A stretch of 64,000 nt of DNA from the human T2T-CHM13v2.0 reference genome, Homo sapiens: NCBI RefSeq assembly GCF_009914755.1, contig NC_060947.1; one strand, 5' to 3'. Shown one piece after another: positions 14,457-29,097 of this stretch. Every line of letters starts with the position of its first letter. Positions within the stretch are counted from its first letter, which is position 1. Under the pieces are notes generated by a model, which saw only the letters and a list, made by a program, of their open reading frames with translations, searched no databases and was not told the origin of the DNA. The position numbers were made by a program, and so were the translations under genes.

Positions 14457-14619
14457 CTAGAATAAAAAGACCAAAATTTAAGCTGTAGGATATTGCAGTA
14501 CAGGTAAATATACACTATTTTTATAATCTAGGTTTTCTTATCACAGATACAATTAGCAGTAACAAAAAATCAGTAGGAAAAATTTAAACTTCAGAAGTTA
14601 CCTCCACTGATACACTAAA

Positions 14620-14805
14620 GGAGAGTTTCTCAGCCTTGGTACTGCTGACATTTGGGGCCACGACGTCTTAACTGTGGGACAGTCATGTGCACTGCAGGAC
14701 GTTTAACACCATTCCTGGCCTCTACCCACCAGATGCCAGTAGCACCACTGGGACATGATAACCAAAAATGTCTAGTACAATATCATCCCATGTGGAAAAC
14801 TATTA
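14620..14805. mobile_element. MER20-like hAT fossil
   Basis: tttctcagccttggtactgctgacatttgggg...cctggcctctacccaccagatgccagtagcacc. Confidence 0.75.
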
Positions 14806-14937
14806 GACTAGATTAAGGGAATCAGTATTTTTATGTCAATTATTCATTTGGGTCCCTAAGTTTTTCTCCACTATTTTTATATATTTCATTACCTCCATCT
14901 TTCTAAGCAAATAAATGATTTTATTTAAAATTGCTCT

Positions 14938-15240
14938 GGGCCAGGTGTGGTGGCTGAGGCCTGTAATCCCAGCACTTTGAGAGGCCGAGGCAGGTGGATC
15001 ACTTGAGCCCAGGAGCTCAGGACCAGCCTAGGCAACACAGTGAGACTTTGTCACTGCAAATAATTTTTTTAAAAAAGTAGTTGGGTGTGGTGGCACGCGC
15101 CTGCAGTCCCAGGTACTTGGGAGGCTGAGGTGGCAGGATTACCTGAGCCTGGGCGGTCAAGGCTGCAGTGAGACATGATCTTGCCGCTGCACTCCAGCCT
15201 AGGGGACAGAGCAACACCCTCTCTCAAAGAAGAAAAAAAT
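14938..15240 (+). mobile_element. AluJ-type SINE
   Basis: Full dimer; TSD aaaattgctctg. Confidence 0.9.
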
Positions 15241-15319
15241 TGCTCTGATATCCTACCAAGTTTATTGATGTAAAAAAGAAGTGAAGAAAAAGCAGTGACA
15301 GTTAATAAGCAGCAAAAAT

Positions 15320-15457
15320 GGGTGGGCGTGGTGCATGTCTGTAATCCTAGTGCTTTGGGAGGCCAAGGTGGAAGAATCACTTGAGCCAGGGAGTTTGAGA
15401 CCAGCCTGGGCAACCTAGTGAAACCCTGTCTCTACAAAAGATAAAAAAATTAGCCCC
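15320..15457 (+). mobile_element. FLAM / Alu left monomer
   Basis: Single Alu arm ending aaaaaaattagcc. Confidence 0.8.
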
Positions 15458-15627
15458 GTTCCTATGGCTGATACATGTTATAAAGTATTAAACAACACAC
15501 TAAGGAGAAGATGCAACTCCTACCTACAATTATCAATGAACTTCCAGTGCTTGGGAAACACGTTGAATTCTGTGGGAATTTTTAGTAGATCAGAACTCTT
15601 CAAATATCACTGAACATAATTACTCAC

Positions 15628-15780
15628 CATGATATCCTGCTTGGCGATATTAACATACAGATCTAGCTGCCCTTTGTCCTGCGGGGAGATGTCCAGTCGT
15701 CCACTGAAGGGGGAGATGGTTACTGTCCGGCCGACGGGCAGGATGGGAAGAGCGTTGGTGAGGCCTCCGTCCACCCACTT
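15628..15780 (-). CDS. PNPLA4: PNPLA4 coding exon 5 (153 nt), catalytic DGG
   Basis: ttccacAG|AAG; KWVDGGLTNALPILPVGRTVTISPFSGRLDISPQDKGQLDLYVNIAKQDIM; donor ATG|GTGAGT. Confidence 0.98.
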
Positions 15781-16809
15781 CTGTGGAAAGAAACATCTCA
15801 CGTCAGCACACGTCAACAACACATCCTGCACAAAGAAAAGCAGCTTCTAATAATATGTGTGCCTTGGATATGCTTTTAAATTGCTATTTTTGAGGACTAA
15901 TCCCATTGGGGATCTGTTCTGGGGGTAAAACAAATCTTGGTACACATATCACTTACCAATATAAGAACAACTCTGGACAGAATTTAACTAGATTATTGTC
16001 TGTAAGACTTGAATTCTTACTGACTACAGTGCATGCTTAAGAAGCCATGTGTAATTAGATTGGGGTTCATTATTTAATCAAACTAAAAAGTCAAATTTAC
16101 TGTGGATGCTGAACAAAACATCCACCAGCAGAGGAGGTTCCATTTTTATTATATGAATTGGAAACTGGCATTTTCTGTGGCAAACTTAAAAAGTAAATAC
16201 AGCAACTAGAAATGCTTCTAATTCCAAAGTGGTTCCTGTGCTCTTGAAGCAAGGGGCATGTCCTGAAGCCATAAGGAATGGGAGTGCTGCATCAAAGCAC
16301 ACATTCCTCAGTAGGCACTCAGTGCTCTCAAGCCCACCGCAAAGGGGAGTGAGTGATGGAGAAGGCGGAGGACAGAAGCCTCCCAAGGAAGAAAATGAAA
16401 GAGTCTTGGGGCAATGAGGACGGACAATGAGGTGCTCAAGGTGTGTGCAGCCTCAGCCCCTAGCTCTACAGAAGCGCACAATGAGAAATGGTGACTGAAG
16501 AACCACACAGACAATATTCCTTCTGCTGTCTATTCCAAGGCCAAACAGTCTCAATGCAGCCATGATCTGATGTATTCACATGATCAGCTATAGCACTCAA
16601 TAAACACAACACACATGGAAATAACACCCAAATTGTCTAAGTTTATCTGTTATTAAAAATAGCCTTCAGATAATATACAAAAAAACAAAAAGTCTGGTAA
16701 CAGTTGAAAGTCCTGTATGCAGGAATCTTTAGTGAAGTTTGTAAACTGAGTTTTGCTTCAATGTGTAAAATGCAATGCAGATAAAACAAACCTTTGTTAT
16801 TCAACATAA

Positions 16810-17233
<424 letters not shown>

Positions 17234-20200
17234 AATTGTGTTTATTTCTAAAGCTGATGACAAAATGAGTGGTATTACATTATTTACAAAGGCTCTGGAC
17301 AGCCACAAACTCCTCCAAAGGAAATAAAAGTAAATAAATAAAAGATAAAAATGGGTTGAAAATTCCTTTTGAGAGAATTGCATTTTGGTGGAGGAGAGAG
17401 TATAAGTAGATTGGATTAAAATAAAACTGACCTGCATAATTTGCATATTGTCATTATTTTTAAAAGATATAAAGATTATGATATATTATGTGTTATGTGT
17501 ATTACACATACTTATTTATATGTGTATGTGTATATGCATGTACACATGTGTTTGTGTATGTGTGTTTATATATGTACCCATATGTATACATAAAATATAG
17601 CTGGTTATGTAACTGTATGATCTAAAAGGGAGGTTTGCAAAAAAAAAAGGCTCCAAAATATCTGATTCTGTCCCAGAACCTGCTTTTTTTCCCTGATTGC
17701 TTTAGGTGTAAATATCAAATTCTGGAATAGGATAATACCCAGAAGGGAAAAGAAAGACAGCTTCCAAAATTATTTCATATTGTCAACAGAAGCTGTCATC
17801 AACGATGTAAAAATTCATACAGGTTTCATCAAGAAAAATTAAAGATATGCAACTTTAAGTAACAGCTCTTCTGATTTATTCAACTTAATGAAAAGAAGGG
17901 CAATCTGGCTCAGTAAATTAAAAAGTGTTCTAATTTACTGTGGGGTTAATGACTGCTGTTTTAGGGAATCGAAAATCCTTTTTCCAAATTTTGTTCACTC
18001 TTGTTAGCTTATTCTGATTAGATAAATGACAAGGGAAAATGTATAGCAGCTTATCAAATCACTTGATTAAACTTGCAATGATACCGGCTCCTTCACAACC
18101 CTTGATGCTATAGCCCCACTGCTCAGATATGCTAAATGTGGTACCTCTTACTCCTGATTTATGCTCTCACGAGCTGTATCACTTAGGACAATCACACATT
18201 CATTCGGGCATACAGATTCCAGCAGTTTCTGGAAACAACCGTCACAACAACAAATATTCTTCAACCTCCAAATTAAAAGTAGAAACATTTTATATCTTGT
18301 GCTCTACTGATAGTTTAAAATCTTGCATAGTAAACACTTCTGCCCATGAATTCTCTGGCTGTTCACAACATATGGCTGTGAGTCATTCCCACCTTCTTGC
18401 TTCATGGGCAGCATTTTACATGCTGGTAGCTACTTCCATGAGCTTCTGTGACTCCAAAATTGTCCTTAAGAAAAATAGCTGCTGGTCTACCCCGTTAGAG
18501 TTTTCCTGTGTGTTTGTCAGTTTTCATCACATATCACCATCATCCTCAAAGGAAAAGGGAGAGCAAGTACATAAAAATTCCAAGGCAAAATAGTTTCAAA
18601 ATCATACTCGTTACAGGCTGTACAGTGACCACCTCTCAGTCCCACTGCTAGACCTACTACTCTTTTCTCTAATCTTTGGCCATATTCTAAATGTGTTCCA
18701 CATTCAAGTCAATGCCTGAGTCCTAAGACATAGAAATAAGCAACTGCTCAATAGAAAAACCAAAAACAAAACAAAAAAACTCATGCCCAATTGTGGGGCA
18801 GACATCTACTGTGATTGTTCTCTGAAAGTTATAGCACTGAAAACTGGAATTAATAGAATCACTTCTAAAGAGATAAGGCTACCCATTACACCTAAACAGG
18901 CTAGAATATTCATCTGGCAGTACTTGTTAAACTTCGCTTTAGACATTCATGTGTTATGGGTAGCTATTGAGAACATGCCTTATGAATTCAAGTAACTGCT
19001 ATTACATAACGCAAGTGGAAAACTTAAGAAAGGACCTGATGAGTTAACCTGTACTGAAAGGGCCAGTTTATTCATTCAGCAAGTGATCCCTGAGCATCCA
19101 GTGTGTGTCTGGATGTATGGTAGATGCTGGGGATATGTTTTTGATAGAACTTCCATGAAGGGCTCCATTTTCTTAAGGTATATTTTGCTCAAAAAACAAG
19201 TGAATAAAAAATACTTTGCTGGAAGAATGAATGTTGCTATCTATAATTATTATAAATACCATGGCAGAGGGCCTAGTAGTTTAAAAGTGATTTCACATGT
19301 ATAATTTAATATGCGAACCCTGTAAGGCAGAAAGGTCATGCTTGTATATTCAGTTCCCTCATGTTACAGAAGAGGAAACTGAGGCTTGCAGGTTTCCTTG
19401 CTATAGTTCACGGGGTGGTAAACTACGACCCACCATCTGCTTCAGTAAATAAAATTTTATTGGCACATGACCAGGACCTTTTGTTGAGATATTGCCTGCG
19501 GCTGCTTCCCTCTACTACAGCACAGTTGAGTAGGTGTGTTGACAGAGACAATGTTGAAAGCATTTGCTATCTGATACTTTACAGAGAATAAAACATCTAT
19601 TGCTATAGAATATACAGGCAAGAAGGGATAGTTGTCTTTTCACTTCAGGTTTTTTTTCTCGCACACTGTAAAATTCAGGGATGCTCGATGGGGCAGGGCA
19701 AATTAGAACTGATTTCTGAGGGGTGAGAAAGAAGTAAATGTGCTTTGAACAATAATTTCTTATTTGCAAACATATCTGCATTGCTTTCATGAGATAGCCT
19801 ACAGACAGCAATGCCCAACAATGCTCTTGATTAGCAATTCCTAAAATAGAAGGGAGAGGGAAAGAGACAAAGAGATATCCACTTCCTTAGACACAGGTGA
19901 GAATCTTCCAATTACGGTGGGAAGAAGAGACAGATGAGATTTTTTAATCAAAGAAAGACAAGTAAAAATACAATTCTAAAAGAGAGGTTGAGAAACCTGC
20001 CATACTAACCTCTACTAAGCATTGATTCTTGGTGCATTGCTTTCTTGGTTTTTGCATGTGTGAAGGATGATTAAAAATGATGACTCCAGATATCTACGTT
20101 TGAGAAGGCTCTAAAGGGTTAACAGTTGACCATCTATAAACACCATACAGAAAATTTTTCCTAGAGGACTAACATGTTGTTTCAAAAATTAAACAGACAG

Positions 20201-20539
20201 TGCAAAAAAATCTAAAAAGTGACTGAAGAATAAGAGCGTCTATTTCAGAATAACTAGAAATTGATATCCAGGTTTCCATCCAGCCAAATCTAGCTGGTGG
20301 CAAGGCCAGCTACCACTGTTTGCTATGACAGTGACAGAGCTGCATTTCCATGTAAAAAGTCTAAGCCACGAGGAAATAGAAGCCTAAGGACCACAGTATC
20401 AACCTCATATAAAAGCACAGTTACATGGAGTATTCCACAATTCTCTTTCCCACACAAGTGTCAATAATGAAAGGAAAAATGACCCATATCCGCATGGACT
20501 AGGGTAATACAACAGTGCATTTTCACGTTCCTGTAATAG

Positions 20540-20973
<434 letters not shown>

Positions 20974-21349
20974 TGATCTGCATGTGCCAGTTCTGGAGAT
21001 GATTTTATTCTGATATTTTAGTCACCTGCCAATGCTAATTCTATCTCTTAAAACAAATGAGTTAAGAATTCCTCTTGAAAATTTTCATTCTTATTCCAAA
21101 TTGACAAGAATCTGTGAAAACATGGCCTAAATGTGTGAACATTCCTGTGGATTTATTCTACCACTGGAAAGAGTTCATATGTAGTAAAGAAAAATCATTA
21201 GTCAAAAATATAGGACTAAACTTCAATTTATTTCCATTCATTCACTGACAAATCTATTAATGAGTATGTACTATAAGGTATCAAAATAGTCATAAGATGA
21301 AGCCAGAGAAAGCTACAGAACTTTTTAAAATAATATTTTTTAAAAAGCA

Positions 21350-21575
21350 GTTTTCTTTCTTTCTTTTTTTTTTTTAAACAGGGTTTCACTCTGTTGCCCA
21401 GGCTGGAGTACGGTGGTGTGATCATAGCTCACTGTAGCCTCAACCTCCCCAGGCTCAGGTGATCCTCCCACCTCGGCCTCCAAAGTAGCTGGGACTATAG
21501 GCACATGCCACTATGCCTGGTTAATTTTTTTTTTTTTTTTTTGTAGAGACAGGGTTTTGCCATGTTTCCCAAGTT
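21350..21575 (-). mobile_element. 5'-truncated AluJ
   Basis: Right arm plus partial left arm; flanks aaaaagcagttttc / aaaaagcaattttc. Confidence 0.85.
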
Positions 21576-22912
21576 AAAAAGAAAAAGCAATTTTCAAAGA
21601 CATCATTCCACTTTAAATCACTGGTAGAGGGTTTTGAAAGGACTCATACTGGTATTTGCTGTGGTTGAAATTAATCTTAAGTCTTATTAAGGTATGATTC
21701 TTCTAAGCGATTAATAAAAACATTTTTTAATGCACATATTGGATCCACAAATATATCTTAATAAAATCCAGTAATACCCGCAATGTAGAAATGAGGAGGT
21801 CTGTGTATTTAACAAAAGTCACAAGTGGAGAGACTAGACTCTGCCCCTGTTGGCTGAGTCCCACTTTCTCTGCCTTTCCTGACTCAGTGCCACAAATATA
21901 AGTAACGCTAAGTCCCTTTTTCCCCTTCTGCCACCTCCACTTTCGTCACTTCAGAAAAACAACTAAAGACAACAAATACATCAAAACCTGAGCTGTATGA
22001 AAACATGAAAATCTAGAAAATAAGAGGTGTATTCAGCACAACTGAAATGTTTATGTAATTTAAGTCACATAAAAAGCTTATACCCACATTAAAACACTGC
22101 ATTTAAAGCAACATTCACGCTTCCCTGAAAATGGAAAGGAAAGATTCTAGAAAACAACTCGGCATGGAAGCCCTATTAGAATGTGGGAGGTGATCAGGCT
22201 TAAAGAGAGTTAGTGTTAAGCAGAGAATGGCACTTCTAAATTGTCCCTTTCTGGTGTTATAAACAATGCAAGGCCGCTGTGGCTCTCTGTCAATCATGTG
22301 CATGAGGCCCCCTTATTGTGGACTCCATTAAACAACAGAGGAAAACTGAATGCTTTCAGGAGACATAAGGTTCAACTCTACAAGTAATTATTGGTGTGCC
22401 TCCTATGCACAGACACCACATGATCAGCAAGACACTGTCCTGGGACATTGTCCAGGGTCAAGGGGCTTGGGTGGGTCGCTTTCCATCTTCCTCACAGTTC
22501 TGGGCCTGTGCGTTCCCTGCTGTTTAATTGTGGCTGTCACTCTATGTCCATGTCCAAAGTACTTAATCACATCATGGAAAGTTCACTAGAAACTGATTCC
22601 TCATTCATGCCCTTTTAAACATTGCTAGTCTTCCTGTCACACACCCACAACATGGCGCTGCGGCTGGACAGGAAGAAAACAAGGAACGCATTGTTTGAAA
22701 AGAACTAAAGGGCAAAGCAGAGTAAGAGGCATAGCAAAGATAGAAACATTAAGGACTATCTTGGGGAAGTTGACCCCTTCCAAGCTCAGTGACTTCAGTG
22801 AAGTAGACTGATGTCTTTACATCTCAATTTCCTCACATGTAAAATTGGAAGTAAGAATCCCTACAGCAGATAGCACTGGATTCTGGTGTATACAATAATA
22901 ACAAAAGTTTTA

Positions 22913-23267
<355 letters not shown>

Positions 23268-24159
23268 TCAAATCATTTAGGACCTGGGTATTTCCAGCTC
23301 ACTATTTGGCCATCTTCAGGGTGTGATCCTTGACCTCATGATGAACAAGAGCTGCTGGAGCTCCAGTAATCACATCTAAGTTCTGGGCAACAGGAAAAAT
23401 GGAAAGATATACAACTTTCCTTGTACTGTAAGTCCCACAGTTATTCGGCTCACATGTCATTGCCCAACAATGAAATAAATGGCCACACCTAACTGCAAGG
23501 GAAGCTGGGATGTATAACCTAGCTGCACAGCCACAGGTTCAGATAAAAATTGGGATTCTGTTACTAAGAAAGAAGAAGAAAGTGTATATTGGAAGAGAAC
23601 CTGGAGCCTCTACCACCTGCCTCTCCTTCTAAGATAGAAACACTCTTAATTTGTAAGTGAGAGACTGGCGTAATAGGGACATAGAGGAAAAATATTCTAA
23701 TCTCCTAAGTGGCAAAGTAATTTTACTTGTCAATTCAACATTAAGTATTTCAAATGACAGCATCTGAATATGTGGAATTTTACCACTCACTCTCAACCCA
23801 TTACCTTCTGCTCTATCAAAACATACATTCTCCATATTACCTGAAGCCTATTATGATTTGCACTAGAGAGAAAAGAAAAAATTCCAAAGCTCAGCAAAGC
23901 TCAAGGAAAGACACTGATGAGGACCGATGAGATCAGAACAGAGACACTGCCTCGATCCTATTAGCCAAAGGGTTTGTAAAACTCAGTTCTTTTGTTGAGA
24001 GACCATCAATTCCTTGAGCACAGGCCTGGTGCTGGGCCCTCAAGGTGAGTGGGTGAATGAATGAATGAAAGATGGTTAAAGCACTTTGTATGTACTCTTT
24101 TATTAATAAATAAATATATATTACATATATATAAAATAAATGTAATTTATTCATCCTGA

Positions 24160-24960
24160 ATATATGCTTGATCTCTGATATATGCTAAATAGATACTTTA
24201 TTAGATATATGCTAAATACTTTTATTATAAAATATATATCTCTGATATGTATGAAATATCTACTCTATTTGATTATAAAACATATCTCTGGCATGTGTTA
24301 AATAGGTACTATATTTGATTAAAAAATACATATCTCTGGTACGTGTTAAGCAGATACTCTGATTATAAAATACATATCTCTGGTATGTGCTAAACAGATA
24401 CCCTATTTGATTATAAAATACATATCTCTGGTATGTGTTAGATACCTACTCTATTTAATTATAAATAGATATCTACTCTATTTAGATATCTAGTAGTTAG
24501 ATATCTACTCTATTTAATTATAAAATATATATCTCTGGAATGTGTTAAATAGGTATAATATTTGATTAAAAGATACATATCTCTAGTAATTGTTAGATAA
24601 CTGATTATAAAATACATATCTCTGGTGTATGTGCTAAACAGATACTCTATTTGATTACAAAATATATATCTCTGCTATGTGTTAAATAGCTATTCCATTT
24701 GATTATAAGATGCGTATTTCTGGTATGTGTTAAATAGATACTGCATTTAATTACAAAATGCATATCTCTGGTATGTGCTAAACAGATACTCTATTTGATT
24801 ATAAAATACATATCTCTGGTGTCTGTAAAATAGCTACTGTATTAATTATAAAATGCATGTTTCCAGTATACGTTAAATAAACACATTAAACCAAATACTA
24901 TATTTGGTTATAAAATACGTATCTGTGACATATGTGAAATAGACACTATATTTGAGAATA
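24160..24960. repeat. AT-rich ~47-bp minisatellite, ~16 diverged copies
   Basis: Recurrent unit atatctctggtatgtgttaaatagatactctatttgattataaaatac. Confidence 0.92.
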
Positions 24961-25662
24961 AAATGCTCATGTTGAACCTGTGTCCATGCAATGGAGGAGC
25001 TGCCTTGGGTCGAATGGTGAATACTCAAAACAAACTCTGTGTAGATCACAGAAGGAAGCTGGGTCACAGTCAGCGCAGACTTCAGGTGGAAGCCCATGTC
25101 TAAATTTCCCTAAAAGAACTGGCATCCTGTCTTAAGTGCCAGCTCCAAGTGAGGAGCACTCTCCTCAAACAAAATGGGTTTTGGCCTTGCAGTGATCAAC
25201 GTGTCTGGGTAAGTAGAGAGCCTTGGAGGGGAGTGGGTCGTCCCCTAGCAGAGGGGCTGAGGACAGGCTGGAAGGAACCTATGCCGCATTGTCTGGGGGA
25301 GGACAAGGTGTGGAGCCCTAAAGCCTTTTCTCACCCTGACGGTGGTACAACTCTGCTTAGAAGGGGCTGTGAGTATGGACTTTACTAGGTGGAAAAAAAA
25401 TCGTTCACTGCTAACAACAACAGAATATATATATATGATGAAAATAAGAGCATCACAGTCAATCATTCCCATTCACAAGATCTTGATGATAAGTTATCAC
25501 TAGCCCTGTATATTCTTTCCCTCTTAAAGAGAAACAAAGCTATTTAGGAGGAAAAAAACATAAACTGATTTGAAGCCACTAGAATAATTATAAAATTGGA
25601 TGTTTCAAAAGAAACATATTAATATAGGGAGGAGGGTAATTCCTCAGTTATAACAAGCTTAC

Positions 25663-25728
25663 CTGCCCTTTGTATTCCACTAGCTTCAGTCCTGCATAAA
25701 TGGGCACAAAACTGCTGGCTAGGAGGAC
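25663..25728 (-). CDS. PNPLA4: PNPLA4 coding exon 4 (66 nt)
   Basis: ccatctAG|GTCCTC; VLLASSFVPIYAGLKLVEYKGQ (patatin ASS-x-P motif); donor CAG|GTAAGC. Not in the ORF track; read by hand. Confidence 0.96.
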
Positions 25729-28700
25729 CTAGATGGATAAAATAAAGAAGCAGCTCATGATTACAGGCATGAACATTCAGACAATACAGTTGATGTAGTA
25801 TTGACTAGCAAAATCTCAATAAATAAGCCCCACAGACTTCAAGTGCAGCACTGCACGTAATTACATAAAAGATAACACTTTATATCGGAAAAGACTCTAA
25901 ACAGATAGGTACAAGTTGACATACTCTGAATCAATCAACTTCACCTAGGTAAAAATCAGCATTTTAATAGTAGACACACAAGTTACTACAAAATGAAATT
26001 TAAGGTAAGTCTAAGTTCCTGAGTATGTAAAGGTTACAGATAAATTATATGTAATGTTCCATCATATACTGTAAAAATCATGTTACAGTTGCACTCCTGC
26101 TTTCTGGAGGAACAAAGCCCTCCGATTATGACAGGAGAGATTAGTCCGCAGCTCAGAGATGTTCTCATTTATGTCACCAGGATTTGCAAAGGGAATGGCA
26201 TATTTTATGTTCCAATGACGTGGTCAGGATATGTAATGGAACCCTGGCAAGCAGTGACATCAATTATGCTTTATCTCCCATTTAAACAGTTGAAAAAGAT
26301 TGTCATTTAGGAAATTACCATTCCATACATCATGGGAAGTTGGGCTCTGATAGCTTTTCTGAAATGTAAATGTTTTATTTTGCCGTGTAGTTTCCAAATC
26401 ACTAGTGTTCTATTTGAAAACATACAGCATTAGATACTGAATATTTTTTAAGCTATAATCTTTCAACTGATAAGTGAAAGACTCTGGCTGTTTGTTGTCA
26501 AAGATTTCATGAGTTTTTTTTCATCATACATTATTCAGAAATGGATTATGGCTCAAATGCTGACTTGCAGATCATCCATTTACAATTATTTAGAACTCAG
26601 AAGGCATTTCCTCCAAAAATCAATGTTATAGGTATGGTTTTTGGGTCAGCTCTCAAAAGCCTATTTATTCTGAACTGCAACTAAATTACAGACTCAGTCA
26701 CCAGCATAACAATTTCCATAGGAAAATCCTCTTTTGAGCTGTGACCCGACACAACTGGAATCCACTCTTGCCATGTTTATTTCTGCACCAGGTACAGGGA
26801 ACTTCCATAGCTTTCTTATGCAGTGGTTCTTCCTTGGACATGTCTCCTGTTTCCTCATTACCAAAAAACCCACTGAAAGGAGAGGGACTTGTGTCTCTCC
26901 TGGTATGTCCAGCCCTTGGCAGAGTTAGTACTCAACAAACATCTGTTGGGTATCTCTCTCCCTTCTCTGTGATGGGAATGGACCCAACACTCCTCCACCT
27001 ACCTCAATAGTGGCACTAAAGAAGGTTGCCCAGTGCTGTTGGTGGCATGTTGGTTGCAAAGGCACAGGCCTGGTTGTAACAGCTCCTATAGCAACAGGCT
27101 CCTGACGAGTGCCCACAGAAGCTTCTGGGGCCTCAGGTTTCAGCAGTGGCAAATTCAAGGGTAACAGCACAACACAAGGACTCCAGCAGGAAAGAAGGTA
27201 AGAAATAGCCAAGTGTGAAAGGGTTCTATTGCACCATGCTGGTGCTAGGTGCCAGAATCAGTTATATAATTTCTGGGTCCTGTCCAAAATAAGATAAATG
27301 CAGGGCCCCCTGTTCAGAAAGTATGGAGAATATTAAGATGTTGACAGCAGAGCATTAAACCAATGGTGAGGCCCTTTGGATAGTGGAGCCACGTGCAAAT
27401 GCACAGGTCATACATTCATGAAGTAGACCTTGCCTCAAATATAGTGTCTCATTTAATTATTTCTCGACCCTGTCTCAAAAAGATAAAGTTGCTCAAAGGT
27501 CTCTCTGCTAATACGTGGTTGAGACTGTCCCCAGAATCAATTTAATATAAAATGTATATTTTTACCAGAGCCAACATACACGTCAGATTTCTCACAATGG
27601 GTCTTTTTTTCATCTTTTGGTCAATTTCATGCACATCTATCTCAATCGCTTGTTTATTGAAATATTGAAAGCATGCTAATTTGCAGCACTGTTTCCCAAA
27701 GGAAAGCATGCACTTCTATTTATTTTTTATGTGCTTGTTTATTTATTTATTACAAGGCATAATAATAACCTCACGCAAGGTCTGCCAACCTTCTACAAAA
27801 TGTCAATGTGGACATGCCCGCACTGTGACATTCTTCTCAAAATCTCAACTTTAAATGGCCCGCATAATGCAATACTGTGACATTAGAGCAATCATGTCTC
27901 TTTCACAAAGAGGCAAAGCAGGAGTGAGTAGCACCTTGGGTGATTTGGTGAAGATCGCTTAATAAATCAATAGGAGAGAGAGGACAGAAAGCAGGCATCT
28001 TCAACTCCAACCCTCTCAGTCCACCGGTAGCAATGACATCATTGGCTTCAGAGAAAGGTTGTTTACGGTTAAGGTAACTGCATTCACCCTAACTAAACCT
28101 GACCTTATCATCAATTGGCTATGCTTTTAAAAAAATAATCACAGACCCTAGGTATGTTTCGCAAGCACAATGTAGCTATTTAATGAAGTTATTCAGCAAA
28201 TGCAACACTGCAAAGCAATAACTAGAGCAATTTGTAGATAGCGTACATATTGTGAAATTACAGTACTTAGAGGTCTTTAAAGAACCAAAGACAATACATA
28301 AATATAATGATTTATTTCACTATTCTGCAGAGAGACATGTGGACTGCAAAAAAATCACTAACCTTAGAATTATGTTTTTTTTTTCTTTTCCCCCGTGTCA
28401 AAGTATAATGTAGAGTTCACAAGTTAATGCTTGCAACTATTTTGAGATATTTGGATGAAAAATGCTATCCAATTACTTTCCTACAGATAATAACAGTAAG
28501 AATCCTCCTAAATGATATGAAAAGTGCAATGAACTGGAAAATACTTGTCACTTCTCCAAATCAATGTATTTGTTTTTGTCATAGCTGACTCTCCCTTTAT
28601 ATGGACTGATGATTTGTATATCAAACCAAGTTTAGTTGGGAAATTAGCTTTAGATAGTTAAGAGCTAAGCAGCTTTTCTTATTTGTAGTCAGCTTACTGC

Positions 28701-28861
28701 CATTTTATTGCAGGCAAATAGGATTTCCTAAGAAAGGAGATAAAGACTGACATTCTAAGGTCATGTAATAAAATATTATGCCTAAACATGTGCTTTTAGT
28801 GTATCTCACCTCACAATATTCCCAGTGAAATTCACCTCGCCAATGAACCTCAACACGTCTA

Positions 28862-29097
28862 CAGCACTTGTTCTCAACTGGAGGTGATTTTACCCGCTAG
28901 GGACATTTAGCAATGTGTCTGTCATAACCTGGGGTGGAGGGTGGGGGGGGGGTGTGTCCTGCTAGCATCTACTGAACACAGACCAGGGATGCTGCTCAAA
29001 TTCCTACAAAGGACAGACAGCTGTCACAATACATAACTATCTGGGTAATAATCTGGGCCCTTACTGCCAGGAGTGCAGTGTTTGTGGTTGAGAACGC
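28862..29097. mobile_element. MER20-like hAT fossil
   Basis: cagcacttgttctcaactgg...gaccagggatgctgctcaa...ggttgagaacgctg. Confidence 0.7.

Noticed and set aside
18129-18593. 154-aa ORF antisense to intron 5
   Set aside because: No domain or splice support; composition looks random.
24160-24960. Regularly spaced repeats resembling a CRISPR array
   Set aside because: Units are contiguous diverged tandem copies with no unique spacers, no cas genes, and a eukaryotic intron context.
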